Positions 47,234 through 61,536 of a stretch of DNA of 64,000 nucleotides are shown piece by piece. Positions within the stretch are counted from its first letter, which is position 1; each line of letters starts with the position of its first letter. Both the position numbers and the translations under genes were made by a program. The DNA comes from the human T2T-CHM13v2.0 reference genome, Homo sapiens. The notes under the pieces were generated by a model, which worked only from the letters and a program-made list of their open reading frames with translations, searched no databases and was not told where the DNA came from. Location of the stretch: assembly GCF_009914755.1 (NCBI RefSeq), contig NC_060926.1; one strand, given 5' to 3'.

Positions 47234-50200
47234 CACGCATGCACATATATTTAAATCCTTCATATAAAATGGGGATAGGTGAGAAAAGGAGCCCTTTCTA
47301 CCAAAGATTTCCCCTTTCCAAGACTGGAGCAGTGCTTTAGAACTAGAAGTCCAACATCGCAATTTGCAAACCACTGAACCACAACAAGCCACCTCTCCAG
47401 GAGGCCAGTAAGTCCTCATTATTAAAGACAGCCATGGCATTCAATGCCCCCTCTTTATGGGAAGGGTCTAGCATAGAGGTAGGTGTGATGCAGAATATAT
47501 GTTTGTGTAGACAGCATATGAAGTGGCTGGAATATGGAGGGACTCATGGGAGATCCTAGATTCAAGGGTCCACAGAGACAGAAAAGAATTGTGGAGGACT
47601 GGATGTAAGCAAATGTGGCTCAGCTACTTCTAGTAGCTGTTAGGGAGAAAGATATGGGAGTTTATAGTGGCCATGTGGCACTTACATGAGCACACCTACT
47701 TGCCTGCATATCATGTAAAATGTTGGAATACCATTTTTAAAAAGGGAGACTTTAAAAAGAGGATAATATCATCTCAGAGAGAAATAAGTTAGTTGTAAAC
47801 CTTTGTAAAGATAAACTTTATCCAGCAGAATCACATGTTTTGACCTCATTTCTCAAAATATAGTTTTTCAGGATAAAGATCTAATCATTAGCATTTTAGA
47901 TTTATGATATTCATTAGGCTATAAGAGAGGTTTTATTTCTCAGAACAGAATGAATCAGACAGCTTTCAGGCAAAGACCAGGCAAACATATTAGTTTAAAA
48001 CAACAATGACACCCTATGGCAACAGATAAATCAATAAAAGATTTTTTAGGATAAATTCTTATATATTATGCTCAATTAGCTCATATATACTGAAAGAGTT
48101 TTTATGTTATGGATACAGTGAATGTGCTTTAAGTGCAAGAATGATTTAAAGCCCCCCAGGGTGAGGAAAAAGTAGAATGTAGCAAAGGCAAAGGGTGTGA
48201 GGTCATCCATTAACCTACTTACATAAACAGGCCGCCTCATGCATTCACAGAGCCAGTTTGCTGCATATGTATGTTATGTCAGGGGACACAGCAGCATCAG
48301 ATGCCCTGTCTTCCCCTAGCTGATACCTCTAATAGAGCTTTAGTGTACACAGGCATGGCAATCATCCTTCTCTGTGTCCAGTGTTTCTAGCTAGAAAAAT
48401 TCTACCCATGGCCCCTGCAAGAAAAGAAACTTTGCTCAGGAGCTGCCCCTGATTGGATCAAGAGTGATACCTTTCTCAAGGGTGGCCTGCTCACAGGCTG
48501 ATCAGTAAGTCCATGGGTGTTCTGGTGCAAAAGTCATGGTAAGAATGATAAGAATGATGGTTTGGGTTATAAGCTAGCTAATTAGGTCAGGTGCTTACAG
48601 AATTTTGATGGGCAAATTTTAGAAGATTTCCTAGTTAAAAATTAGAAGACAGAAAAACAGATCCAATTGTAAATCTGAAAACGTGAGTCACAAAAAATCC
48701 GGGTTAGCAAAGCACAAGTTGATAGTGATCCTTTTGCATACTACATTTCAAACAAACTATTTTGGTTCCCGATAGGCTGGCCTATGTGCTGGCTGTGGAC
48801 TTCATATTGACTTCTTAAACTGAGAAATTTATATTGCTTTTTGCTCTCAAGTCTCATCCAAGGCAGTCTGAATTCTAGATCTACTTTATGAGATTACTGC
48901 TGTTTTTCTCCCCACCACCCCCCACCCCCGCCAAATTGAGATTATAATGATCTCTGAAAGAGGGAGAAGTGATGTTCTTCAAGGGAAAAAAGGAAAAAGG
49001 CATGAGGCCTCATTATAACCCAGTGGCACAATGGTGTTGAACGTAAATTTTAGGCCTCAGGCAAACTTTTGCAAAAGTTCATCTCCTTGGCCAAAAAGTT
49101 ATCTTCCATTGGCTAATTCTTTCCTATACTTTATATATAATTTGTACGTCTAAATGATTGAATTTTAGAGCTAACAGGATTATCTCATTTGTTTCTGTCC
49201 TTGTTTGGATGAGATAACTAAAGCACAAAGATAATGATATGACATTGCCAGGCATTTGAGGTCAGAGGAAAAACTACATTCCAGGTTCCTAACTCTCTCC
49301 TGATGGGTGATCTTTCACACCATCACACTGTCTCTAAGGCCAGCTCTCCTAGTTCTACAGGACACCATGCATCAGCTCCATCCTACCCCATCCCATTGTG
49401 CACGCCAGAAATTACTCCTGCCTTAGTTTCATTGAACTCCTCTAACAAGGAGCACTTATGTAGACACTGTTCCAGGATCTCCTGACTCAACCATATATTA
49501 GGTTCTTGATGACCTCGATTACTCTTTCTTTCCTTAGCTTCAGGATTATAAACCTCTTTAAATTTTATGCAGAGTTTGCGTCTAAGTGCCTCCAGTGTAA
49601 AGGACCCATGATTTTCATTAAAGATATTAAGAACCATGGCTTTAAAAACGCATTGTAAGCCTAACTCTTGGCTCTCCTGAATCTAATGAATGGTATGCCT
49701 CCCACTATGGTCTCTTAAGAGTCTGTGCATTGATTAGATATGACAAAACCTTTACAGGGAAATAGAGATATTACTACATGTTGCATCAGTTGTCTTTGCA
49801 GTATCTGGCTCCAAATATTTCTTGCAAATGTGCCCTGTTTCCTGCTTGAATCTTATGGTAGATGGCACCTTGTTTCCTGATGATAATAAATGGTAGGCAT
49901 AGGAGGTAAAAGAGAAAGCAGCACCAGATGCTCACGCATCTGCAAAGTTTGAATCAGACTTGTCAAATAAACCTCCGAGAAGCCTTTCCTGATAACTCTT
50001 AGAAACCAACAAACCTATTTTCTCTAACCATAAAACTTGGTATGTTCTACAGAACACAGCTAATTTTTATTTTGGGGCAAGATAGTTCTTCTGCACAATT
50101 TATTAACACAAAATTATAGCACTTAAGACATGCAAGGCTAATCTTCAGTCCTCTCATCTGGCAGGGGATATGACTAGGACCCAAGTCACTTCCCACTGAG

Positions 50201-50999
50201 TACCTACATATCTTACCCTCCTTAGTAAAACCTAAAGACCAAATAAGGGTAATTACCGGTTAATATTTTGAGTTCAATACCAACCCTCACAGTGTTCACT
50301 TTAGTCCAATTGTGAGGCTAAATTCAGAAAATGGACAACTTGTTTGGACCAGAGGAAAGGGTCAGAATGGACTTGTGCAGGTTGAGCTCTGCAAAATCCC
50401 AGCACTGTGACACCTCTCACACATCAGTCCAATGTAGAAACAGTGTCTCCACTACGTTTAGGAAGCATTACAATCACTTACTGTGCATTATTAATTTCTA
50501 ATAAATATTTATTAAATACATACTAAAGGCCAAGAGACATGCTAAGTGTTAAATACATGTTAAACATATATATGTATATATATAAAGTATAATACATATA
50601 AAACAAAATCAAAACCAAACAAAAACCATGGTCCTTGCATCCAAAAGCTCATAATCTAGTAATGGTATTTATGCCTCCTATTTATTGCACACTTACTATG
50701 TGGTAGGGACTCCCTTAGCAATTTCAGCTTTTTATCTCATTTAATTTTCTTAATACTATGAATTTACTTAATACTATTTACTTAATTTACTTAATGCTTC
50801 TCATTGTGTAGTCTAGGTATCAGTATCAGTCTGCAAACTGTTAACTTGTCAAGACCAGGTAAGTTTAAAAATCGAGACAAAGTTTAGAAACTTTAATAGA
50901 AGTGTGACATTGTTGTGACATTCAGTGATTCATTGACGGTCTCATCTCATTGAACAGGATATAGATCATATGTGTGTTTTTGTACTTACACAGTGAATT

Positions 51000-51200
51000 G
51001 TAGTGGAGTGTAGGTAAACTGACTTTCAAGAAAAAGCAGCAAACAACAACAACAAAAACCCACTTTGACTTGTAGCCTTGGCCAATTTATGATGTAAATA
51101 CTCCCACATGGTTGATTTGAAGCTACCAATATGATACAGAAAACAGAAAATTTAGCAATCAGCAGTTCCAAGCCAGCACAAGCTGGCTTCAACACATCCT
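51000..51200. mobile_element. MER63-like hAT DNA transposon
   Basis: 'ggtaaactgacttt...gtaaatactcccacatggttgatttgaagctaccaatatga...aagccagcacaagctggcttcaacaca'. Confidence 0.55.
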
Positions 51201-51499
51201 TGGGTGGTATGAGCTGTATACTCATGATATACTCATGCATGACAAGTGGTCGTGCATGATAGGGTCACTTATTAATCCATGACAGATTAGAGGAAAAAGA
51301 ACTTATCTTTCAGAATTACAAGGTACAAATTACTGGCTAATTACACATTGCTGTGAATTCTTCCTGTTTTTATTATCAGGTCTAAGTTAACCTTAGACGT
51401 AATGGTTTAGGGCCATCTTCCCAAAGATGCCAGGTGTGAAGATGAAAATTTAGCACACTTATCAGGATCCATTCCTCCACTTTCCTCCTGGAAATTTTA

Positions 51500-52830
51500 T
51501 AAGAGTTTTTATTTTTTATTTTTACGTTAGTTTCCACTGTTTACTTCACTGTCACTCAGTACGTAGTTTTCATTGCTGAGCCAAGAAGTAGATTAATTGG
51601 AGCTCAGTGGTCTCTTTCAATCCAGAGATTCGTGATCTTCAATTCTATTATTTTTTTCTTCTTATTTGGTAATTTCCTCTCCTCCATTTTTTCTGTACTG
51701 TTGTTCTTCTGGAACAATGGCTTTCTTGCCATTTTTTTTTTTCTCTTATTTTCTATCTCTGAGTCTTTCTCTTCCACCTTCAGGTAGATTTCCTCCACTG
51801 TATATCTCAACATCTCTACTGACTTTTAAAAATTCAGCTAGTATATTTTGATTTCCAGTAGGTCTTGATCTCTGTTCTTTGATTTAAAAATAGTATACCA
51901 TTTTTCTTTCCAGAATGTGATGTTTCTCATTATTTCTCTGAAGATTCTATATTAGGCTCATTAATTTTTATTTCTTCTGAGTTTATTTTTTTCTGTGTAT
52001 TATAAAAACTCTCTTGTACTGGAAGCTTTTTAAATTTGTGGTGATTCATTGATGCTTGATTACATTTTAGAGTGTGGCTCTAGAGATCTAGTTGGAACCA
52101 CTACGTGTGTTTGTTTGCAGGGATTGTCAACTACCGAGTTCCTTTGTGGGGCAATGAGGAATAACTGGCTTTCTTGATAAAGAGGCCCACAAATGTCAAA
52201 TGTACAGGGTTTATTCTCTGGTTCAGTTTCTCTAGAAAAACATCCTCTACTTTGCTGTGTGAGGAACAATGTTGGGTCTCAGTGTTCTTGGCTCTGAGGG
52301 ACACAAAGACCCTGGGGGTTTACTCCATTTCCTCTATAGGCTTTCACTTAATTCTCTTGTTTTCAATATGGCATCTTTCTTCTGCCTTCCTATGTAACTT
52401 TATCAGTGGACTGGAGTCCCCCTTTGGTTCAATTTCGTTTCAGAATATATCTCTGATCTCCTTCCTGGATTAGAGAGAGTTGTTTGTGTAAGACGATTGA
52501 GGGGCCTCAAGGATAAAGCCTGCCTAATAGGCTTTCAACTACTTTTGTTTTTTCAGCCAATTCATGAGCATTTCTGGGGTTCTGTAGCACAAATGTGTGG
52601 TCATCCCCATCTACTGTCACTTAGGATTCAGCCTTCTCCGTTTTAGTAGCTCTTATTTTTCCTTTCTATTGAACAAAATTTGACATCTCATATATTTTAT
52701 TAAAAAATCTTTCCCAATAAATATTTTCAAATTTTTCTTGTGGATTTATGCCTCTTTTTGTGCTTTTCCTCTTGGTTTTGGGAAAATATGAATAAAAATG
52801 TGTTTTGTTTCAACATGTTACCAAAAGAAG
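51500..52830 (-). mobile_element. Ancient L1ME/HAL1-like 5'/ORF1 remnant
   Basis: T-rich on +. The minus-strand frame VEEIYLKVEEKDSEIENKRKK resembles the ORF1 coiled coil. Boundaries approximate. Confidence 0.55.
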
Positions 52831-53027
52831 GGTGCTTTTAAGTATAAGCTATAATTCATGTCATAAGGCCTTGACCAGCTTATGACAATAAGCCAATTTT
52901 ATAGTTCATTTTCAGGTAGATATTATTAAGGCATGCAGTTCTAGCAGCTTAATTGCTGAAAATTAGTTTTCTAAAGAGCTCTTTCTGTGATTTCTCAAAG
53001 TATCGTTTCATTTAAGATCTGGAAACC

Positions 53028-54426
53028 CACAGTAAGCCAAACGGTACTATAGTACTGGTACAAAAACAGACACAGACCAATGTAACAAACAGAAAACCTT
53101 GAAATAAAGCCACACACCTACAACTAACTGATCTTTTACAAAATCAACAAAAATAAGCAATGGGGAAAGGTCTAACCATTAAATAATGCTAAAATAACTG
53201 GCCATCCATATATAGAAGAATGAAATTGGAACCCTATCTATCACCACATAAAAGATTAAATCAAGATGGATTAAAGACTTGAATGTAAGATGTTAAACTG
53301 TAGAAGTTCTAAAAGAAAACCTATGAAATACCCTTCTGCACATTGCCCCAGCAAAGAATTTATGACCAAGTTATCAAAAGCAATTACAACAAAAACAAAA
53401 ATTGACAAGTAGGACCTCATTAAATTAAAAAGTTTCTGCATAGCAAAAGAAACTATCAACAGAGTACAGAGACAACCTACTGAATGGGAGAAAATATTCA
53501 CAAACTATGCATCCAACAAATGTCTAATATCCAGAATCTATAAGGAATTTAAGGAATCAACAAGCAAAAAACAACCCCATTAAAAAGTGGGCAAAGGACA
53601 TGAACAGACACTTCTCAAAAGAAGAGATACATACAACCAACAAACATGAAAAAATGCTCAACATTACTAATCACCAGAGAAATGCAAATTAAAGCCATAA
53701 TGAGATACCATCTCACACTAGTCAGAATGGTTATTATTAAAAAGTCAAAAAGTAACAGATGTTGATGAGGATGTGAAGAAAAGGGAATGCTTATACACTA
53801 TTGTGGAAATGGAAATTAGTGCAGCCACTATGGAAAGCAGTTTGGACATTTCTCAAAGAACTAAAAATAGAACTACCATTCAATCCAGCCATCTCATTAC
53901 TGGTTATATAACCAAAGAAAAATTAATTGTTTTATCAAAAAGATACCTGTACTAGTATGTTTGTTGCAGCACCATTCACAACAGCAAAGTCATTGAATCT
54001 ATCTAGGTGCCAATCAACAGTGAATTGGATAAAGAAAATGGCATACATATACATCACGGAATACTATCCAGCCACAAAAAGGAATGAGATCATATCCTTT
54101 GCAGCAACATGGATGCAGCTGGAGAGGATTATCCTAAGCAAATTAACAGAAAACCAAATAACTCATGTTCTCACTTACGAGTGGGACCTAAACATTGGGT
54201 ACACATGGACATAAAGATAAGAATATTAGACATTGATGGGACAGGGAGCAGGGCAAGGAATGAAAAGCTACCTGTTGGGTAATATGCTCACTACCTGACA
54301 GGTTCAACCATACCCCAAACCTCAGCATCACATAGTATACCCATATAACAAATCTTCACATGTATCCCCTGAATCTAAAAAGGAAGAGTTGAAATTTAAA
54401 AACAAAACAAATAAAATCTTAAAACT
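53028..54426 (+). mobile_element. 5'-truncated L1PB/L1PA16-17-type element
   Basis: ORF2 3' remnant plus 3'UTR and A-rich tail. Perfect 12-bp TSD GATCTGGAAACC (53016-53027 / 54427-54438). Confidence 0.92.
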
Positions 54427-55149
54427 GATCTGGAAACCTTGTTTTCCAACCAAATCTCTATTCTGATTGCCAGCTGCTCTCCTGAGAAGGCCATGGGGCG
54501 GGCAAAGCAGGTCTCTGCTGGGCAATGACTGGCCTCCTCACTCTGGCTGTGGAGATGACGGAGTTCTGCTTTGACCTCCCCAAGATATACTTCATGCTCT
54601 CCCTAACTCTCCATATACAATTGCAACCAGTGAAAAGAATTGAAAGATAATGTGATTGAAGTCTTGGATGTGACAAAGCTACAACATAGAGAAAAAATTA
54701 TCTTCAAGAAGCTCACAGGTCTAAACCTCAAAGGTTCCCTTCTACGCTCCTGGTGTGCCATTACTGGGCTAGGGCCAGTTCACTCCCTATTTCTGGTCAG
54801 TTCCAGTATTTCAGAGTCCAGTGGAAACTGACCCACATTGCCCAGAGAGGATATTTTCCTTCCATATTTAAAGACAGCCTGATTTCTCCCCTTTTATGAT
54901 TAACACTGATTTCAGGGGAAGCCCCCTCACTGTCACTCCCTAGAATGTGATCTGACTTCACAGACTTTAGGTTTCCAAAGACTGAACTATTCAGACTTCC
55001 CTCATGCCTATACAGAACACCAGCTAGCCAGTTCACACGGTGCTTGGCCAGGCTCATCAGTTCCTTTTCTGAGTCTTTACTTTAAATAAGCAAAAACAGA
55101 ATAAGCCTTTCAGTCTCCTCTTGCTATAACTTTCTCTCTGCTTCTGATC

Positions 55150-55985
55150 AGAATACATAACCCAATTTTAAAAAGGGGCAAAACACACTTTAGCAAAGAA
55201 CAAAGAAGGATGGCAGATGAATACATGAAAAAAAAGTGCAAAAACTTTAGTCATTAAAGAAATGTAAATAGAAACAACATGGATATCACCTCTTATCCAC
55301 TAGAGTAGCTAAGATTCAAAAAACAGCAGAAACATCAACTGATAAAATCAAGTGCTGACAAAATTGCAGAACACTGGGTCTCTAATACATCACTAGTGGG
55401 AATGCAAAATGGTATCATCACTTTGGAAAACAGGCAGTCTCTTTTAAAGTAAGTATAAATCTCTACTCATAGTATGGTACCGTAGCCATCATATTCCTAG
55501 GTATTTACCCAAGAGAGTTGAAACTATCCATACAAAGATCTGAACATGAACATCTACAGCAGCTTTAGCCATAATTGCCCCAAACTGAAAGCACCCCAGA
55601 CGTCCATCAGCTGGTGAATGGTTGAAAAGTTTGGATACATATCTACAGTGAGAGAGTACTTAGCAGTAAAAAGCAATTTTTAAAAAGCAGTAAAAAGCAA
55701 CATGCTACTGATACAGGTAACAACAATGATGAATCTCAAAAACATTGTGCAAAGTGCAAGAAGCCTGACATGAAAGCCTGTATGATGCTGTATAATTTCA
55801 TTTATATAACTTTCCAGAAAAGGCAAAACTTAAGGAACAGGATAGATTACATGTCAGTGGTTGTCAGCAGCTGGGAATAGGAGAGGAAATTGATTTCTAA
55901 AGGACATGAGGAAACTTTGTGGACTGACAGAAATATACTGTATTTTGATTGTGATGGTGGTTACATGGCTATATAGATTTGAAAC
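55150..55985 (+). mobile_element. L1ME/L1MD-type 3' fragment
   Basis: 'gtgggaatgcaaaatggta.ca.cactttggaaaaca...ttcctaggtatttacccaagaga...tattttgattgtgatggtggttacatgg'. Confidence 0.78.
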
Positions 55986-56180
55986 TGGATAGTTCAGCCC
56001 TAATAGAGCAGCTTGAGATGAATGTAGCCCAGAAATGCTTGAGCAACCTCATGAGGGGCCTTGAGCTAGAACCACCTAATTAAATTGCCCTCAGATTCTT
56101 GACCAACAGAAGCCATAAGATAATAAATTGTTCTAAGCTGCTAAATTTGGGGGTAATATGTAATGCAACTATATATTAAT
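55985..56180 (+). mobile_element. MLT1E/F-like LTR 3' fragment
   Basis: 'cagattcttgaccaacagaagccataagataataaattg...taagctgctaaatttgggggtaat'. Confidence 0.65.
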
Positions 56181-56302
56181 CTATATTATATATATTCAAT
56201 ATATTAATATATTACACATTAAAGTTATCCATGTGTCATATTATTTATTATATATTATATAATGTTATATATTGATATATTATTATAACATATATTATGG
56301 TG

Positions 56303-56624
<322 letters not shown>

Positions 56625-56700
56625 TAAGGTAGTGGACATGTCAGATTATGCTGGATTTTTAGGTCATACATATGTATTAACTATTTTTTTATATCTGCTT

Positions 56701-56733
<33 letters not shown>

Positions 56734-57059
56734 GTATTAACTATTTTTTGTTATATACCATCTACTGGCCTATCTACCTATCTATCATTATTCCAACATA
56801 ATCTGCACGGGCTTAGATCCACTGAAAAATATACACACTGTCCTTTCATAAACAAAATACTTACAGTTTAAGTCTGAAATATTATCATTTGTATGACTTT
56901 AGTTTTCTTCTTTTCCACAATTGTCTTTTATATGACTAACCTAAGGGGCTTGTCACAATGATTCCTTACGTAATTAAGAGAGGGGCTTTCTTCAAAATAC
57001 AGTATAGCATTTGGCATAAAAAGCTACAGTTTTAAACTGGTCGTAATTTTTAAATGGCA

Positions 57060-57260
57060 GTACATTTATTCAATAATTGTTTTGTGAGCATCACTTCTGT
57101 TTGAGACACCAAGCCAGGCATAGAGGTTATACTGCTGTAGGACATAAACGTCATCTCCACCTCCATGAAACTTGTGGTCTAGAAGGGAAGAGAGACATTA
57201 AATGAATAAGCCAACAATTGAATATCATTGTGATAAGATGCCATGAAGGAGATAGGCAGG
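57060..57260 (-). mobile_element. L2 3' fragment
   Basis: 'catttattcaataattgttttgtgagcatc...ccaggcatagaggtta...cctccatgaaacttgtggtctag'. Confidence 0.6.
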
Positions 57261-58329
57261 ATGGAAATTTTTCAGTTTCAAAGATATCTTATGGTTTCTA
57301 CCAATCATTTCTGTATACAGGAAAATATTAGTTGGTTCATGATTATAAAACATATTTATGCCCATTTGACATAAAAAGAGAAAAATTAAAAAAGATTTAG
57401 AGAAAAAAGTATAAATTACTCCAGAAAGCCTTGTGTCCTTTTTAATCTCCTTTACCCATGGAAGTGTTCCTTCCTTTTTTAAGCGGGAGAAACTGGTTCT
57501 GTGACTGACCCTACAACTGAGATTCCACATAAGCACCAGCTGTTAAATTGTGACCTACATCCTGCCCCACACCTTGATAGGCTGAATTAGTATGTTGATC
57601 TTTCTGTCAGCAGCCACACAGGTCTACTAACAGCAACCAGCAGTGATTTCTAACGGCCCTGAATGGCCTTCAAGTCGTTTATGAGGTTGGTGTGAGCTTA
57701 GGCAGTATGGTGAGAAATCAAAGAGGTGGTTGCCCTGGGACTGAGCTGCTGTTGTCTAGGCAACTTTATTAAGAACCTTCTGTTCCTGGGAAAACGAAGC
57801 CTAAATTAACTCTTGAGTTCTTACAACTAAGACTTTATTTCCCTATTGGTCTCTGGTATTTGGGAACTTTCTACAGTTTCCAATGGAATTCTTTTTACCT
57901 TGTTTGGGGCCCTAAAATATTTAGCAAGTGGTATTGGTTTTAAAGATCTCTTAATCCTTCATATACAATTGAAAACAAACTCTTTTACCATTCAGATGCC
58001 GGTCAATATATTTATAGAATTAGATCTAACTCCAAATTCAATGATCAATTTCTGATTTGACCTCCAATTCTAAGGCTTTCCATACTAAGAAAAACCCACA
58101 GAATGTGATTTTTTTTTAAAAGCATGTTTCTTCACCTAAGTATAATGTACAAAAAATCACGTGCATTTCCTAAGTTTCAGCAGTGGCAGCCTCACGTTTA
58201 TAAATTACAGCATGCGATGAGATATGTGCTTCATTGGAAATCAACATACCTTCTTTCAATATTTCCAACATGGAGAGTTTCTTCTCCAGTGTTGGAACAG
58301 GAAGCTGTTTGTTCAGTTGAGGAGACAGG

Positions 58330-58570
58330 AATACTTGCTGTTTTATGTAAATATTTACTGTGCACCAGGGACTGTGTTAGGTACTTTGAAGGTATTAACT
58401 CATTTAATCTTCATAACAACCCTGTGAGACAAATGTACTCGTATCCTTATTTTTTAGATAATGAAATTGAGACACAGAGAGGTTAAGCCCAAGGTCACAC
58501 ATGTGTATAATTTGGAGACAGGATTTAAACTGAGGCATTCAGGCTCTAGAGTCTATGCTCAATCATTGTT
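58330..58570 (-). mobile_element. MIR SINE
   Basis: 'tattaactcatttaatcttcataacaaccctgtgag...gaaattgagacacagagaggttaagcccaaggtcacac'. Confidence 0.85.
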
Positions 58571-58844
58571 CCAGGACTTCCCAAAGTGGCCAGCTTGTGC
58601 TTAGAAATTACAGTATCGGAAAAATTGCCACTTTTAAATACTGGAACACACTTAGCACACTAAATGCTCACACTACGAGAGGTGTATACAGGGACTAAGA
58701 CCAAATTATAAAATTGCAGGTCAGACTCACATATCCCAGCTTAGTTTTTTTTAGGGCATATTCCCATTGAACCATTGAGTAAAATGGTAGGCTGGATTGT
58801 CAGCATTATGACATTCTCCCTCTCTCTGTCTTTTCCTTGACAAA

Positions 58845-59020
58845 GCATAGGCTCTGGAGTCCACTTTGAGTCTTGGCTTTATTTTATTTATTGTCTTTTT
58901 ATATCAGTCCATTAGCTTTTTGATTTTCTCATCTATGAAATTGGCCTGCTATTCCCACCACAAAATTCAAAGGAGGTAGAATATGTGAATGTTATGTAAA
59001 ATATAAAGCACAAAGAATTT
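58845..59020 (+). mobile_element. MIR SINE
   Basis: 'agcataggctctggagtcca...ttttctcatctatgaaattgg'. Confidence 0.6.
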
Positions 59021-60781
59021 CAGGAACTGATTTTTGCTGTCTATATGTGCAGTAGGTGACCACTTATCTGGTGGAATTTGAAATCTTCCACGAAGGTCTT
59101 GCTTTCTTCTAATATATCTCAGTTTTTTTAAAATCAGTGCCTGAAATCCCACCATTAATGAGCAATTAAGTTTTGAAGATTTTATTTTAAAGAACTGATT
59201 TTTTAAAAAGCTAATACTAATTACAGGCATAATTCTTAAACCTATTCTGCCAATACACTGGGGATTTTTCAACAGATAAACTGGCCCTGTAAGAGACAGT
59301 TAGTCACCAAACAGGAAGAGGACAATAGGAAAAGAGGAAACATACACTTTACAGATAGTACATTGTTGCTAAATCCCAACCTTGAATTATTTGAAAGCCA
59401 GATCTCTGTGTCTCTTAATAATGATACTGTGATAGTCTTTACATTTCTCTTATAGCAAATTTGATTGCAACATTCTCATTATAATCATATTTTTATTCAT
59501 TTATTAGGCATGTATGTATGTATGCATGTATACTGAGCACCCACTCTGTGCCACACAGTTTAAGATGGAGCACATACAATGGTGGGTAAGAAAGATAATG
59601 TCTAGTGAGGAAAAGGGAATTGGGACCATAAGCAGGTGATGGTTGCACAGTGTGATGAGGGCTAAGGGAGGTGTTAAGTGCGGGATGCCCTGGAACCACA
59701 TTGGAGGAAAACCTAACACTGCCTTTGAAGGTCAGGAATGCTTTCTCAGAGGAAGTGATGTCTATTGTAAGAACGGAAGCAAAAGGAAAAATTAGCCAGG
59801 CAAAGCTATGGAAGAAGGGGAAGTGGAGGATTGATGTCTCAGACTAAAGGAATGGTGCATTCAGTGTTTCTGAGTTGAAATACAGCAATATGCAGATTCA
59901 GAGAACTCAAAGTTCCCCAAATGACTTAAGCATAGAATGTAAAGATAAGAAATTTGGTTAAAAAGGTAAATGAAGATAAGGCCAATGAAGACCCGGTAAC
60001 TCAAACTAAGATATTTGAATTTTACCATGATTTGTATTATTATTGATCTGGGAGGCCAGATTTGATTCTGCATCTTTCATGGTCCCCAGTGCTCTCTGAT
60101 CTCATCTTCTACAACTTGTCCCTCTACCCACTGTGCTGTAGCCAGGTACACTCTCATGTTATCACCCGTGCACTTGTGTTCTATCAGTCTTGCCCCTTCC
60201 CCAACTCTTTTCCTTCAGGCCTTTGCTGAAATAGCAACTTCTCAGTTAAACCTTCTATGTTCCTCTGATTTTAAGATCAATCTTCCTTCCTAACCTTCTC
60301 TATCTGTACTCCTCCTCCTGACTTCCCCTCTCAATTGTATTTGCCACCTTTTGATAAACTATGTAATTTATTTATTTGTTTATTTACCTCCACTCCACTT
60401 CTGGTTAAAAAGGAGTTTAAAAATGTACCTCCACGAGGGCAAGGACTTTTGATTATTATGTCCCCAGGATCTAGAACACTCCCTGGAACATGGTAGGAGG
60501 TAAAATATGTATACTGCTGAATGAAAAAAGAAAAGATTTTTAGAATGGTTACTTTAACTTCAATGTGGAGATAGGATTGGTGGCAGGCCTGAACCAGAAA
60601 GGCCAGCTGGAAGCTACTGGAGAAATCAAGACAAGGGATGGTGGTGAACTATACCATGGATTCTAACAGTCTTTAAAAGTAAAATCAACAGGGCTTAGTG
60701 ATTGATTGGGAATAGTGGTAGTAGAGGTGGTGATATGTTAAAAATAAGGAGGAAGAAATACTTAATAATGATGTCCCAGTA

Positions 60782-61536
60782 TGACAGATTGAATTATTTG
60801 TAGAGAAATATTTACTCTCATCCCCATTAATGTTCGATTTGGCGCTGTGGCTCATTTTGGCCAATGGAATATTAGCAGAGCAATACGAGCAAAAGCCTTA
60901 AATGTCTTTGTTCAGTTTTGCATGGCTCTTGCACTCCAGTAATCTGGTATCTGAAGAAAATGCTCAGGGTAGTCATTTGTCCTTTCAGCCTTGGCCCCAG
61001 AAGATATATGGGTGGAGCAGACCTGGTCCCAACTAGTTGACTTGACTAGTTGAGCCACACTAGTTGATCTGTAGCATGAAGCAGAGCTGCCCAGCCAAGT
61101 TCATACAAGATCAGCCAAATGAAAATCAGCCTTTAGACCTACAGGCATGAGATTAAATGCTTGTATAAACCAATGAGTTTAGAAATAGTTGTTCTGGCTG
61201 GGCACGGTGGCTCACGCTTGTAATCCTAGCACTTTGGGAGGCCAAGGTGTGAAAATCATGAGGTCAGATGTTTGAGGCCAACATGGTGAAACCCTGTCTC
61301 TGCTAAAAATACAAAAATTTCCCAGGTGTGGTGGTAGCACCTGTAATCTCAGCTACTCAGGAGGCTGAGGCAGCAGAATCACTTGAACCTGGGAGGCAGA
61401 GGTTACAGTGAGCTGAGTTCATGCCCTGCACTCCAGCCTGGGCAACAGAGGAAGACTTTGTCTCAAAAAAAAAAAAAAAAGAAAAGAAAAGAAATAGTTG
61501 TCATACAGCAACATTTTGGCAATATCTCACTAATAC
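60782..61536 (+). mobile_element. MLT1H-like solo LTR interrupted by an Alu
   Basis: 'ttttggccaatggaatattagcaga...cctttcagccttggccccaga...aaatgcttg'. Ends 'actaataca'. Confidence 0.7.
61196..61489 (+). mobile_element. Alu, AluS-type
   Basis: 'ggctgggcacggtggctcacgcttgtaatcc...' with poly(A). TSD AGAAATAGTTGT (61181-61192 / 61490-61501). Confidence 0.95.

Noticed and set aside
51235-51261. Short hairpin TCATGCATGAC-AAGTG-GTCGTGCATGA as a miRNA precursor
   Set aside because: The stem is only ~11 bp, far shorter than a pre-miRNA.
59490-60530. Opposite-orientation L2 3' ends as a miR-28-type hairpin source
   Set aside because: The ends are ~1 kb apart, point away from each other and are too diverged to pair.
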